A stretch of DNA of 64,000 nucleotides from Candidatus Latescibacterota bacterium (GCA_965208835.1 OZ242358.1:2144001-2208000); one strand, 5' to 3'; positions 9,877 through 19,724 are shown, counted from the first letter of the stretch. Translations and numbers: made by a program. Notes: generated from the letters alone by a model not told the origin.

Positions 9877-10296
9877 TCAGGAGTCAAGTACCAGGCGGAA
9901 GCCGAGATTCTCACTGGGTCGATAGGTCGAAAAGCCGCGGCGGTCGAGGGTGAGGATATCGAAACATCTGATGTGTTTGGCCAGGAGCACGAGGGTTGCG
10001 TCCGCATAGTCCATCGGAGTGTCCACGTATTCTTCCATGAACATCGCGCACCTGCGAAGCGCGGCGGGCTGAGCGAAATCGAATACCCGGATACGAGCGG
10101 TCGTGACGAATTCTGTCAGGAGGCGGGGACCGAACCGGCTTCCCGCCACGAAATGCATCGCTTCGGTGATGACCGCGGCGGTCGTACAGAGTTGTCCGCT
10201 AAAGCCGTCGAGCGCATCCCCCGCTTCCCGATGAGCGGGATCCGCGGCGTTCAGATACGCGACCAGTGGACCGGTGTCCAGCAGCCAGGACGTCAT
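9877..10296 (-). CDS. vapC: VapC PIN-domain toxin
   Basis: LLDTGPLVA, VITEA, MDYADATLV and LTLDRRGFSTYR PIN acidic motifs. Confidence 0.9.
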   Translation of the reverse strand: MTSWLLDTGPLVAYLNAADPAHREAGDALDGFSGQLCTTAAVITEAMHFVAGSRFGPRLLTEFVTTARIRVFDFAQPAALRRCAMFMEEYVDTPMDYADATLVLLAKHIRCFDILTLDRRGFSTYRPSENLGFRLVLDS

Positions 10297-10526
10297 GTTC
10301 GCCAGTTCCGTTCACGCAGGCGATTTCGCCACGCGTCGGCGCCGGGGTCGGAGAGTTCGAGACGCCCCTTCAGATGTCCGACGCGTTGCGCCAGCGGACG
10401 TTCCGAAATGGCTTCTTCAAGCAACCGACGCACCAGTTCTGAAACCGTCAATCCATGCGCCTGCGCGCGTTCTTCCAGCGCCTCACGCATGGTCTTGTCG
10501 GTGCGTACTGTAAGTGTCGTATTCAT
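10293..10526 (-). CDS. Ribbon-helix-helix (CopG/VapB-like) antitoxin
   Basis: TLTVRTD...LEERAQAHGLTVSELVRRLL; ATGA overlap with vapC. Confidence 0.85.
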   Translation of the reverse strand: MNTTLTVRTDKTMREALEERAQAHGLTVSELVRRLLEEAISERPLAQRVGHLKGRLELSDPGADAWRNRLRERNWRT

Positions 10527-10533
10527 GTATTAC

Positions 10534-10562
10534 AATATATTACATTGTATGACAACGTGCAA
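10534..10562 (-). promoter_or_regulatory. vapBC promoter, probably giving a leaderless mRNA
   Basis: TTGCAC-17 bp-TATATT ends 7 nt before the ATG; no SD; imperfect inverted repeat GTATTACAA / TTGTATGAC across the -10. Confidence 0.55.
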
Positions 10563-10696
10563 CGAGAAATATCAATTGTGCGGCTTGTTCCTTTAACAAC
10601 ATGATGGATCCGGTGAACAGGGAACATGGGTGAGGGCAGGGAACAGGAAGCAAAATTCAGTGTGGCGCAGGGGCAATTCTCAATCCTGGCGCTGTT

Positions 10697-11704
10697 TCAT
10701 TCGTTCCACACCTGCGCGAACAGGCGCATCCAGTTTCCGCCGAGGAGTTTTGTGATCTCTCCGGCGTTGTATCCGCGGTTGGCGAGCGCGTCGGCGACGT
10801 TGGGGAACTCGGCCAGCGTTGCCATTCCCCTCGGCTGAAAGCTCACCTCGGTGTACGGGACGGAACCGTCAGCGAACGTGGACGGGAATTTGGTACCCTG
10901 CTGCGATGCGATGAAGTGCCAGAATTCAAGGGGTTGATCGTGAGTGGAATCGGTACCGATGGCGACGTGGTCGATGCCGACCCGCTCCACCATGTCGTCG
11001 ATCGCGTCTACGAAATCTTCTACGGTCGTTTCGTACCCTTTGGGAAGGAAAGGCGTGTACGACGTCGCGCCCACGACACCCCCTTTTTCGGCCAGGCGTT
11101 TCAACGCTTCGTCTTCCTTGTTTCGCGGATGGTCACAGAAACTACGGGCGTTGGCATGGGTGATGGCGACAGGTTTCTCCGACATTTCGATGGCGTCCAG
11201 CGTCGTCCGTGGACCCACGTGCGACAAATCGATGAGAATGCCCAGCCGGTTCATCTCCCTCACTGCATCCACGCCGAAATTGCTTAGGCCGGCGTCGTTC
11301 CGTTCCCAGCAGCCGCTGCCCAGGAGATTGGTCTCGTGGTACGTCAGTTGAATCACCCTCACCCCCAGCGCGAGAAACAGGCCGAGGCGGTCCAGTTCGT
11401 TCTCGATGGGAGAGGCGTTCTGGAATCCAAGGATAATTCCGGTCCTGCCCTGCTGCTTTGCGGCGTGTATATCGGCCGTTGATTTCACCTGCAGAATGTC
11501 GTCGCGCTCCCGGAACCGCCGCATCCACGCCGCGAGATGGGCCATGGTCTGAATGAAGTTCTCCCACGTCGAGACGGTCGCGTTGATTGCCGTAATATTG
11601 CCGGCGCGCAATTGCCGGAAAACGGCATCGCTGTTCCAGTTGCATACACTCAACCCGTCGATCACCAGCGCATCGTCGTAGACTTGCCGCGGATTCAATG
11701 CCAT
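10697..11704 (-). CDS. Membrane dipeptidase (peptidase M19)-like protein
   Basis: GVRVIQLTY, GLSNFG, EMNRLGILIDLSH, THAN, HPRNK and GIDHVAIGTD motifs; start placed at MALNPRQ after AAGG. Confidence 0.88.
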   Translation of the reverse strand: MALNPRQVYDDALVIDGLSVCNWNSDAVFRQLRAGNITAINATVSTWENFIQTMAHLAAWMRRFRERDDILQVKSTADIHAAKQQGRTGIILGFQNASPIENELDRLGLFLALGVRVIQLTYHETNLLGSGCWERNDAGLSNFGVDAVREMNRLGILIDLSHVGPRTTLDAIEMSEKPVAITHANARSFCDHPRNKEDEALKRLAEKGGVVGATSYTPFLPKGYETTVEDFVDAIDDMVERVGIDHVAIGTDSTHDQPLEFWHFIASQQGTKFPSTFADGSVPYTEVSFQPRGMATLAEFPNVADALANRGYNAGEITKLLGGNWMRLFAQVWNE

Positions 11705-11717
11705 GGGAACGCCTTTC

Positions 11718-12848
11718 TTAATCGAAGCGGTTTCCAATCCTGAACAGATCGCCCAGCGGGTTCTCCCGGTCTTCCACCGCATCCGCGATGACGGGCCCGA
11801 TGGCGCCTCCGAACTTGAAGCCATGGCCGCAGCCGCAGCCCGCGATCAGCACCCGTTCGCAACCCCGTGCCCAATCGATGACGAATTCTTCGTCCTCCAT
11901 ATTGGCCATGTTGGTATACAGACAGGACCGGCCGCCGACCAGCGGCGCAGCGCTCAGGCCCGGTATGCGACGCGCAACGAACTCCCGTGCCCACGCCAGA
12001 AACTCGTCGGTCGGTTCCCGGGAGACGTCCACTTCAGCGTCATCCCATTTGCTGTCTTCCGCCACCTTCACGAACCCCTCGTGCAGATAGGGGAATCCGT
12101 ACCAGAGGTTCCCGGGGGAGAAGATCATCCAAACCGGGAAACGGGTCCGTTCGAAAGGCCCGGGGTCTTCAGGCGCGAAAAACGCCATCTGCTGCCGCGT
12201 GATGCGAACGCGTTTCTCCATCTCCGGAACGAGTTCGGAAACCCACGGGCCGGCCGACACGACCGCACGGTCGCAGTCCTTCCATTCGGATTCCGTACGG
12301 ACTCTGGCGCCCGCGGGGGTTTCCTCCACCGCGGTAACGAGCGTGTTCTCCAGGATGGTCACGCCCGCCTCACTCGCCAGCTTTGCCAGGTCCTCCAGCG
12401 CCCGGCCGCTGCGCAGGTAACCCGCCCAGGGGTCGAAAAAGAGACTGTCCTCGTCGCTCACGGTGAACTGTGGGAACCTCTCGCGGACCTCACCGGCCGT
12501 GAGTTCGTAGACCTCCTTTCCCAACCTGTTCAACGTTTCCCACCCCGCGTGGGTTTCGTGATCCGCTTCCAGGTCTCGCGACACGATCAGCGCCCCGTGC
12601 TGAAAGTAAATCGACCGGCTCGTGCGGTTGTGCCACGCTTGCCATTGCGCCGCAGCCCGGGTGACGAGTTCCACGTATGTCTCGTTCGGGTAGTTCGTGC
12701 GCCGGATCACCTTGGATACATCGGTGCTGGACGCCTCCGGATTGGGGATTTGCCCGCGTTCGATCAGCGTTATCTCATGACCCCTGTTTCGCAGCTCCAG
12801 CGCCGCGGCCATCCCGAAGACTCCCGCGCCGACGATGCAGATATTCAT
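11718..12848 (-). CDS. FAD-dependent oxidoreductase, sarcosine oxidase/fructosyl-amine oxidase (DAO) family
   Basis: IVGAGVFG dinucleotide motif, ASSTDVSKVIR, RSCLYT, GHGFKFG; alternative start 12860. Confidence 0.85.
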   Translation of the reverse strand: MNICIVGAGVFGMAAALELRNRGHEITLIERGQIPNPEASSTDVSKVIRRTNYPNETYVELVTRAAAQWQAWHNRTSRSIYFQHGALIVSRDLEADHETHAGWETLNRLGKEVYELTAGEVRERFPQFTVSDEDSLFFDPWAGYLRSGRALEDLAKLASEAGVTILENTLVTAVEETPAGARVRTESEWKDCDRAVVSAGPWVSELVPEMEKRVRITRQQMAFFAPEDPGPFERTRFPVWMIFSPGNLWYGFPYLHEGFVKVAEDSKWDDAEVDVSREPTDEFLAWAREFVARRIPGLSAAPLVGGRSCLYTNMANMEDEEFVIDWARGCERVLIAGCGCGHGFKFGGAIGPVIADAVEDRENPLGDLFRIGNRFD

Positions 12849-12914
12849 GGAAGTACTCATTGGTGTTGGGTGGTGTTTTCCGCGCGCCCATCGCGATGCG
12901 GCGGCGCCGATCGA

Positions 12915-13793
12915 TCAAACGTCGACGCCCGAACGCATCAGAAGGTCCGGAATCATGTCGGTAAACTCATCCTGGCCCCTGTCACCCCCATCGCGGAACC
13001 GGACGATGAGGTCCCTGACCGGCGTACTGACATCCAGCGGTACCCCGAGTTCCGATCCGAGCTCAACCCCCAGACACATATCCTTCACCGCCAGATCGGT
13101 GGTTGCACCCATTTGTGCGTTTTTCAGGAACAGCGAGAGGGTGCGTTCAAATATCCTGCTTTGTCCCATACTCGCCTTGACCGCATCGAGCAACAACTGC
13201 AGATCGATCCCGGCCCTTGCGCTCATCGCCACGCCTTCGCACGCGCCGATGAAGTTGACATACATCATCAGGTTGTTGATCAGCTTGATCACATTCCCGG
13301 ACCCGGCCGGTCCCGCGTGGACGATCTTGCCGCCGATCGTCTGCAACACGGTCCGCACCCGCTCCAGATCCGCCGCGTCACCGCCCACGAACAGGGTGAG
13401 TGCAGCATTTCGCGCGCCAAAGATACCACCGCTGACGGGCGCGTCGAGCACGCGCAGCCCCCGTTCCGCACCGAGCGCGGAGATTCGGCGCGCTGCGGAC
13501 GGAGCGATGGTGCTGGTGTCGACGTATGTTGTTCCCTTGGCCAGACCGGCAAACACCCCGTCGTCACCCAACACGACCTGCTCGACAGCCTCGGTGCCGG
13601 GCAGGGAGGTGAATACCACTTCCGATCGAACCGCGACCGCCTTCGGGTCTTCAGCCCAGGTGGCACCCGCCGCCTCGAGCTCGCGGCCGGTCCGACGCCG
13701 GGTATCGTGGACGGTCAGGGGGTGCCCTGCATCCAGGATATTGGCGGCCATCGGCTGTCCCATATTTCCCAGACCGATGAACCCGACTCTCAT
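12915..13793 (-). CDS. 3-hydroxyisobutyrate dehydrogenase-family NAD(P)-dependent oxidoreductase
   Basis: GFIGLGNMGQPMA, DTSTI, LDAPVSGG and GSGNVIKLINN motifs. Confidence 0.9.
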   Translation of the reverse strand: MRVGFIGLGNMGQPMAANILDAGHPLTVHDTRRRTGRELEAAGATWAEDPKAVAVRSEVVFTSLPGTEAVEQVVLGDDGVFAGLAKGTTYVDTSTIAPSAARRISALGAERGLRVLDAPVSGGIFGARNAALTLFVGGDAADLERVRTVLQTIGGKIVHAGPAGSGNVIKLINNLMMYVNFIGACEGVAMSARAGIDLQLLLDAVKASMGQSRIFERTLSLFLKNAQMGATTDLAVKDMCLGVELGSELGVPLDVSTPVRDLIVRFRDGGDRGQDEFTDMIPDLLMRSGVDV

Positions 13794-14191
13794 GTGAATT
13801 CCTGAGGTTCTTCTTCGTGGGTGTCGAATTCGGCCGGCATGGTGATTTCGATCACTTCCCAGTCATCGGAGTATTCGAGAACTTCATGCCTGATCCCGGG
13901 CGGTTGGTACCATGCGTCACCCGCTTCGACCCGGATTTCGCCGATGTCCTCGAAATAGAGGCGGGCCCATCCTTTGATCAGATAGACCATCTGAAAATCC
14001 AGGTCGTGTGAGTGATAGCCCAGCGGTCCGGTACACGGTTGATGGGCGCGGATGATGTGCGCCAGAACCTTCCCCTCCGTGGCGTCCCTGATACCCAGGT
14101 CCCGATAGGTGAAATAGGGCCGCAACCCCTCCTCCTTCCAGCGGGCGTCTTTGGCGTGTGCGGCGAACGACTTGACCTTTTTCCCGGACAT
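13790..14191 (-). CDS. Cupin-domain protein
   Basis: YRDLGI..AT.G, HSHDLDFQMVY, QPPGIRH cupin His motifs; AGGAG RBS before MSGKKVK. Confidence 0.85.
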   Translation of the reverse strand: MSGKKVKSFAAHAKDARWKEEGLRPYFTYRDLGIRDATEGKVLAHIIRAHQPCTGPLGYHSHDLDFQMVYLIKGWARLYFEDIGEIRVEAGDAWYQPPGIRHEVLEYSDDWEVIEITMPAEFDTHEEEPQEFT

Positions 14192-14397
14192 AGGACAACT
14201 CCTGTGTTGAAAGGGATGACAATGGTTGACGGCGGGACAGACGCACCGGCGGTCCGCCCCGGCAAGATCGCCTGTTAATTGTGCGCTAAACCCGCCCGGT
14301 GTGCAAGCCATTTCTTCGAGCCGGGCCGGTAGTAGTCTCACCGGAATTTGCTGCCGGCCTTCGATGAGGTTGTTCCGTTGCGCGGACCGGGTTTCAG

Positions 14398-15183
14398 TCA
14401 GGCCGAGGCGCCGGAATAGTGGCGGAGCCCCCACCTCCAGAACAGACGCGAGGCGATCAGCATACCGGCCGCCACGAGAATCGCTGCGGTGAGCGACTCC
14501 GAATCGAGCCGGCCGGTCAGCGCCCGGGCGGGAACGGTGATCGCAAATGCAACCGGAACGATGAACGTAAGGACGAAACGGAGCCAGTGGGGATAGATGC
14601 CGATGGGCCAGCGCCCTGCCTGAACCATCGCATCGAAGATATTGAGGATGTTCTCGACCTTTATATACCAGAATGAAATGGTGGACAGGACCAGGAAAAA
14701 GCTGTAGATCGTGGCCGCGCCGCACAGAAGGACAAGGCCGAAGGTGAGTGCGTCGACGGCGCCGACGTCCGTGCCCCTCCTGATAAGGGCGTACGACAAC
14801 ACGATACCGCCCAGCACGAAGTCGCTCGCCTTCCAGATTCGAAACTGGCTGATACTGACCAGAAACTGCGCATCCTCGGGTTTCGTGAGGGTGTAATCGA
14901 GCGTTCCCCGGCGGACGTCCGTCATCAACTGCATCATACTTGGCCGGATAACGATGGATATCGCCCCGCCGACGATCACGAATACGCCGATCAGGGCGAG
15001 CAGATCGTAGGATCTCCAGTCGCCGAGGGATTCCGTATGCAGAAAAACCACGTAGACCCCGAGCAGCGCCTGTCCAAGGCTCACCGCGGACTGGAAGACC
15101 TGAACGTAGAAGTTGACGCGATAGGCGAATTCATTGAGAATGCCAATCTTCAGGAACGTCCACATCACGATCAATTTGTGCAA
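14398..15183 (-). CDS. ABC-2 family (DUF990-type) permease
   Basis: Six TM segments; YRVNF, GTLDYTLTKP, RWPIGIYP and C-terminal RHYSGASA. Start uncertain (TTG 15183 or ATG 15165). Confidence 0.85.
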   Translation of the reverse strand: MHKLIVMWTFLKIGILNEFAYRVNFYVQVFQSAVSLGQALLGVYVVFLHTESLGDWRSYDLLALIGVFVIVGGAISIVIRPSMMQLMTDVRRGTLDYTLTKPEDAQFLVSISQFRIWKASDFVLGGIVLSYALIRRGTDVGAVDALTFGLVLLCGAATIYSFFLVLSTISFWYIKVENILNIFDAMVQAGRWPIGIYPHWLRFVLTFIVPVAFAITVPARALTGRLDSESLTAAILVAAGMLIASRLFWRWGLRHYSGASA

Positions 15184-15211
15184 AACCGAATACCCCGCGA
15201 TAGAGTTGTTC

Positions 15212-16024
15212 TCAGGATCCCACGGCGGAATATTTCCTGACACCCCGGCGCCACACGAGTTTGACAATGCCGAGTCCGACGACGACCCAGAGCATCTGCA
15301 TCAGGAATCCGCGCTCGATCTGCGCCATATCGAGCCTGCCAAGGAGAAGTTCGACGGGAAAGGCGACCGACCATTTGAACGGGAGCGCGGCAGCGACCGC
15401 CCGGGCCCACTCTGGAAGCAGATCCAGCGGCGCAATTCTGCCCGAAAGGAAAAGGCCGAAAAAGAAATACATCTGATTGACCGCGTCGGTCCGGGTTGTC
15501 CAGAACGCGACGAGCGAGAGTGCCCACTCAACGAAGAATCTGAGAAGATATGCCAGGATCAGTGAGAAAACAAACAGGAGCACGTTAAAGGCTTCAAAGT
15601 CAAACGCGGGATTGAAAAGGAGGCAGAGCACGGCCGCGGACGGGATCAGCACGAACAACGTCAGGGTCTTGTAACCGATGTTGTCGGCAATGTCGCTGTG
15701 GATGGGATGGATCGGCTTCAGGAGCATCGCCGACAGCTCGCCGTGCTGGACGCGATAGCCCATCTCGTGCATGATCCACGTAAACGTCCACATGTTGACG
15801 ACCATAAGGACGATGTAGTACGCGGCAAACCCGCCGGCGTCGTAACCGCTCACGTCGCCGCCCTTGGCTAACGCCACGGTTGACCAGACGACACAATAGA
15901 TCATCGGTTCGAGTAGCCCGCCGATCATCCAGATCGCCATGGCGACGCGATATTGAAACTGAAGCGCAAGGGTGGTTTTCAGGTATGCCCAGTAGATCGC
16001 AAGCATTGGTGTCGCTCGGCTCAC
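15212..16024 (-). CDS. ABC-2 family (DUF990-type) permease
   Basis: QYR, GELSAMLLKP, LSGRIAPLDLLP and C-terminal RKYSAVGS. Confidence 0.88.
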   Translation of the reverse strand: MSRATPMLAIYWAYLKTTLALQFQYRVAMAIWMIGGLLEPMIYCVVWSTVALAKGGDVSGYDAGGFAAYYIVLMVVNMWTFTWIMHEMGYRVQHGELSAMLLKPIHPIHSDIADNIGYKTLTLFVLIPSAAVLCLLFNPAFDFEAFNVLLFVFSLILAYLLRFFVEWALSLVAFWTTRTDAVNQMYFFFGLFLSGRIAPLDLLPEWARAVAAALPFKWSVAFPVELLLGRLDMAQIERGFLMQMLWVVVGLGIVKLVWRRGVRKYSAVGS

Positions 16025-17016
16025 GCCGGGTCGGCGTCGTCTTCAGGGGTTTCAACGGAAAAGACCTGCTCGATAACCTCCTCGATGGGCGGGTCCTCAA
16101 CGGTCAGGTCGAGTACGGGTAAATCACCCAGAATTCTCGCTGTCACCTGCGGTGTGGCTTCCTTGGGCACGCGCAGGGAGTAGCGCAGCCCGGCGGCCTC
16201 CACCACGTCTCCGTACGGAGAGAGGTCGGCGTTTTCGGTCTCGAGTTCGACGTCGATGGTCTTGTGCGGGGAGAATCGGGTGATGAGATCCGAAAGCGCG
16301 CCATCGAAGAGAATCCGGCCGTGGTGGATGACGACAACGCGCTTGCAAAGCGCTTCGACGTCGGCCATATAATGGCTGGTGAGCAGCACCGTCGCGCCGT
16401 GCGCACGGTTGTAATCTTCAACGAAGCTCCGTATGCGGCGCTGCATGGTAACGTCGAGACCGATGGTGGGTTCGTCCAGGAAGAGTACCTCCGGACGATG
16501 CAGCAGGGCCGCTGCGATCTCACACTTCATCCGCTCTCCGAGGGACAGGTTTCTGACGGGTTTCGGCAGAAGCGGCCCCAGTTCGAGCAATTCCGTCAGT
16601 TCGTCAAGGGTCTCCCTGTAGTCCCCGCGAGAAATCCGATAGACCGCCCGATTGCGTTCGAGGGAGTCGATCATCGGGATGTCCCAGATCAGCTGGTTTC
16701 GCTGTCCCATCACCAGCGTAATCCGGCGGAGGAAAGCCCTTTCCCGCCGATGAGGAACATAGCCCAGGACTTCGGCCGCGCCGTCCGTGGGATAGAGCAA
16801 CCCGGAGAGCATTTTGAGCGTGGTGGTCTTACCCGCCCCGTTGGGACCGAGAAAGCCGACGATCTCGCCCGGTTCCACGCTGAAGGAGATCGCTTCGACG
16901 GCCTTGACCGTCCTCGTTTTCCGTTTGACAAGGCTCTTGGCGGCGGCGCGCAGACCGGCCTCGCGCTCGGGCACGTCGTAATACTTGGAGAGACCGTTAA
17001 CCGTGATGGCGTGCAT
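16021..17016 (-). CDS. ABC-2 type transporter ATP-binding protein
   Basis: GPNGAGKTT, LSLGERMK, FLDEPTIGLD and TSHYM motifs. Confidence 0.93.
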   Translation of the reverse strand: MHAITVNGLSKYYDVPEREAGLRAAAKSLVKRKTRTVKAVEAISFSVEPGEIVGFLGPNGAGKTTTLKMLSGLLYPTDGAAEVLGYVPHRRERAFLRRITLVMGQRNQLIWDIPMIDSLERNRAVYRISRGDYRETLDELTELLELGPLLPKPVRNLSLGERMKCEIAAALLHRPEVLFLDEPTIGLDVTMQRRIRSFVEDYNRAHGATVLLTSHYMADVEALCKRVVVIHHGRILFDGALSDLITRFSPHKTIDVELETENADLSPYGDVVEAAGLRYSLRVPKEATPQVTARILGDLPVLDLTVEDPPIEEVIEQVFSVETPEDDADPA

Positions 17017-17135
17017 ATAATCGTGGATGTCGGATCGGCGTTTTCGTGATTATGGACGACGGGCCGCCGGTCTGTCGTATTCGGCGGCCCTTGATTGCGA
17101 AGAAAAAGACCCAGGATAATCCTCACCGCGAACGC

Positions 17136-18365
17136 TCAGGTGCGGGACAGGTCCTGAACTACCCGCCAATCGGACTCCGTCATGTCGCTGTAATGCCAGT
17201 AGATGAGGGTGGTCAGTCCGCCCTGTACGACGGTGTTCAGCAGGTGTTCGAGTTCGCGGCTGTCCATGCGGACGCCGCCGTGATGCAGACCCATCCATGG
17301 TCGAATGCGTGAGACGTCGCCAAGCCGCTCCCGCATCTTGGTGATTTCGCTGAGGGCCACCTGCTCGAAGAACTCAGGGGGCAACGGAGCGTCAAGGTCG
17401 GCGAGGCATCTGACGCCGGGAACCCACAGGGCGAAGAGCTCACGCACACGGTCGAGCGCTTCCGGTTCGGTCATGCCGGGGTTCCAGGCGCACAGGGTTT
17501 CCGCCCAGCGGTACAAGGTGCCCTTCAGCCCATCGATCCCATGCTGCCAGAAATAGAGTTTCGGGCACTGGAAGTCGACGATTTCCGCAAGGCGTCCGTA
17601 ATTGTATCCTGTAAGCGGCGCGAAGGCGGGCAGGCGCGGACCGCACGCCACCTTGCGCGCCGGCTCCAGCGACTTGGCGGTGTCGGCAAACGCGCCGACG
17701 TAATTCTCGATGCTGTCGGTCTTGAAACGGATCCAGTCGAAGAGTCCGGGGTTCGAGATCAGTGCATCGAGGCCGTCGATCAGCCCGCGTTCCCGGCGTC
17801 CGGGCGGAAGGTTCCCCAGGCTCTTCAGACGGTCCTTCAGGCGTGTCCGCGCCTGCAACAGGACGTCGAAATTGTACCCCCATTCTCCGGCTCGCGCACG
17901 GCAGCAGTCGCAGTCACACTGGAACAGTTTGCTCCGGTCGAGTGCGATTTCGTACCCCCACTCGGGTCCGTCCAGGATGAATCCGTCCACCCCCGGGAAA
18001 CTCCGCACGACGTCTCGCGTCCGCGCGGGTCCGTACCTGAGTTTCTCCGGATCGTTGATGCACCCCGGGGCGGATTGCAGCCAATCGTGCAGGTACACGC
18101 CGAAATTCCGGTCCTTCGCACGCTCAACAGCCCGTTGGAGTGTTTTGAACCTGGGGATGTCTTCCGGCGCCATTTCCGGCGGACGGGTCTCGCATCCTCT
18201 GTAGAGTTCAGGCGAGGGCGGATACGCCGGCGATGACCCGAATCTCAGGTCGCCGAGCACGATCTTGTCGATGCCCACTTCTTCCAGGCGGTCCAGGATA
18301 CGGTCGGCGCCTTCTTCTTCGAAAGCGTCGATACGCCCGATAAACATCCAGATATCGAGTGACAT
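17136..18365 (-). CDS. Hypothetical protein, possibly glycoside-hydrolase-like TIM barrel
   Basis: 409-aa ORF of normal composition; VDGFILDGPEWGY followed by CDCDCC. Function not assignable. Confidence 0.7.
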   Translation of the reverse strand: MSLDIWMFIGRIDAFEEEGADRILDRLEEVGIDKIVLGDLRFGSSPAYPPSPELYRGCETRPPEMAPEDIPRFKTLQRAVERAKDRNFGVYLHDWLQSAPGCINDPEKLRYGPARTRDVVRSFPGVDGFILDGPEWGYEIALDRSKLFQCDCDCCRARAGEWGYNFDVLLQARTRLKDRLKSLGNLPPGRRERGLIDGLDALISNPGLFDWIRFKTDSIENYVGAFADTAKSLEPARKVACGPRLPAFAPLTGYNYGRLAEIVDFQCPKLYFWQHGIDGLKGTLYRWAETLCAWNPGMTEPEALDRVRELFALWVPGVRCLADLDAPLPPEFFEQVALSEITKMRERLGDVSRIRPWMGLHHGGVRMDSRELEHLLNTVVQGGLTTLIYWHYSDMTESDWRVVQDLSRT

Positions 18366-18380
18366 GGAAGGTCCACATAA

Positions 18381-18494
18381 GAAGCTGTCTTAAAATTCAC
18401 AGCGGTCTTCCCACGGCTGCGCGCCCCTCGTGCCTCTTAACCGCCACTTTTTCGCTCGCGCTCGGGAACTCACCGGAAATTTTAAGACAGTTTT
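18381..18494. mobile_element. MITE-like repeat family B, short (internally deleted) copy
   Basis: 17-bp TIRs GAAGCTGTCTTAAAATT / AATTTTAAGACAGTTTT, TAA on both flanks; ends match the copies at 23976 and 52362. Confidence 0.75.
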
Positions 18495-18548
18495 TAAAGA
18501 AGGGCGGGTATGAAACCCCGCCCCCCAAGGCCCGGACTGTTTGTAAAT

Positions 18549-19598
18549 TCAGCCGATTTCCAGCATCCGGTCCACCGCACGTCGGGCGCGGATGCGGATA
18601 TCTTCGGGTACTTCGATAATCTGCTCGTTGTTTTTAAGGGCGTTCAACGTGTCTTCCAGTGTGATTTCGTTCATATGCGGACAGCGGATACTGCAAAGCC
18701 GTACCATTTCCTTCTCGGGGTTTTCGGCCATGATATTGTCGCCCATGCTGCATTCCGTTAGCAGCAGATAACTCGATGCCTCGGTCTCCTGCACAAAGGC
18801 GCTCATTTTCGACGTGCTGCTGGAGAAGTCGGATGCGGCCACGACTTCGGGACTGCACTCCGGATGTGCGAGAACGAGTACCCCCGGGAACTGCTCGCGC
18901 ACGTTAGTGACGTCGTCCACCGTGAATTTCTCGTGTACTTCGCAGCGGCCGTGCCAGCCGATCATCTCGTATTCGAGTTCCGCGCGCGGAAGATCGGGTT
19001 CTTCACGCGTGGGGAAGATGATTCGCTTGCCGGTCTCCTGGGCCACGTTGGCCGCAAGATACTCGTCCGGAAGAAAGATGACGGTTTTGCTGCCGAGCGA
19101 ATCCACGACCCTCGCGGCGTTGCTGGACGTACAGCAGACGTCGCATTCCGCCTTGACGTCCGCATAGGTGTTGATGTACGTGACGATGGGCACGCCCGGG
19201 TATTCACGCCGGAGCTCTCGGACGTCGTCGGCGGTGATGCTTGCCGCCAGCGAACAACCCGCAATCCTGGCCGGCAGGAGTACGGTCTTGTCCGGGTTCA
19301 GAATCTTCGCGGTTTCCGCCATGAATCTCACGCCGCAGAAGACGATGGGGTCGCATTCGGTTTCAGCGGCTTTACGGCTGAGTTCGAGCGAATCGCCGAC
19401 CACGTCCGGCACGGTATGGAAGAGCGCCGGCTCCATGTAGTTGTGACCCAGGATAATGGCGCCACGCTCTCGTTTGAGACGGTTGATCTCGTAGACCAGT
19501 TCGGCTTTGTAAAGCAGCTCGATTTCCGGCACGATACCGCTGAGTTTGCGCTCCATGCGTTCGTACGTTTCCTGGAGCGTATCCGCCAGAATTGTCAT
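18549..19598 (-). CDS. nadA: Quinolinate synthase A
   Basis: ILGHNY, GDSLELS, FCGVRFMAETAKILNP, GCSLA, CEVHE, AHPEC and CPHM motifs. Confidence 0.96.
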   Translation of the reverse strand: MTILADTLQETYERMERKLSGIVPEIELLYKAELVYEINRLKRERGAIILGHNYMEPALFHTVPDVVGDSLELSRKAAETECDPIVFCGVRFMAETAKILNPDKTVLLPARIAGCSLAASITADDVRELRREYPGVPIVTYINTYADVKAECDVCCTSSNAARVVDSLGSKTVIFLPDEYLAANVAQETGKRIIFPTREEPDLPRAELEYEMIGWHGRCEVHEKFTVDDVTNVREQFPGVLVLAHPECSPEVVAASDFSSSTSKMSAFVQETEASSYLLLTECSMGDNIMAENPEKEMVRLCSIRCPHMNEITLEDTLNALKNNEQIIEVPEDIRIRARRAVDRMLEIG

Positions 19599-19724
19599 TG
19601 AGAGAGTCTCCGCGGCGTCGGGAATGCGAAAAGGTTAGCGGTAAAGATAAACAAAGTTGGATGCATCGGCAAGGGCATAGGACCCGTGAATTTTCGTTTC
19701 GATCCGGGTGCAGCGCCGGCCCTT

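Noticed and set aside
11703-13805. 700-aa plus-strand ORF (also 26467-28311 and many similar)
   Set aside because: Antisense shadows of well-supported genes in GC-rich DNA; no motifs and atypical composition.
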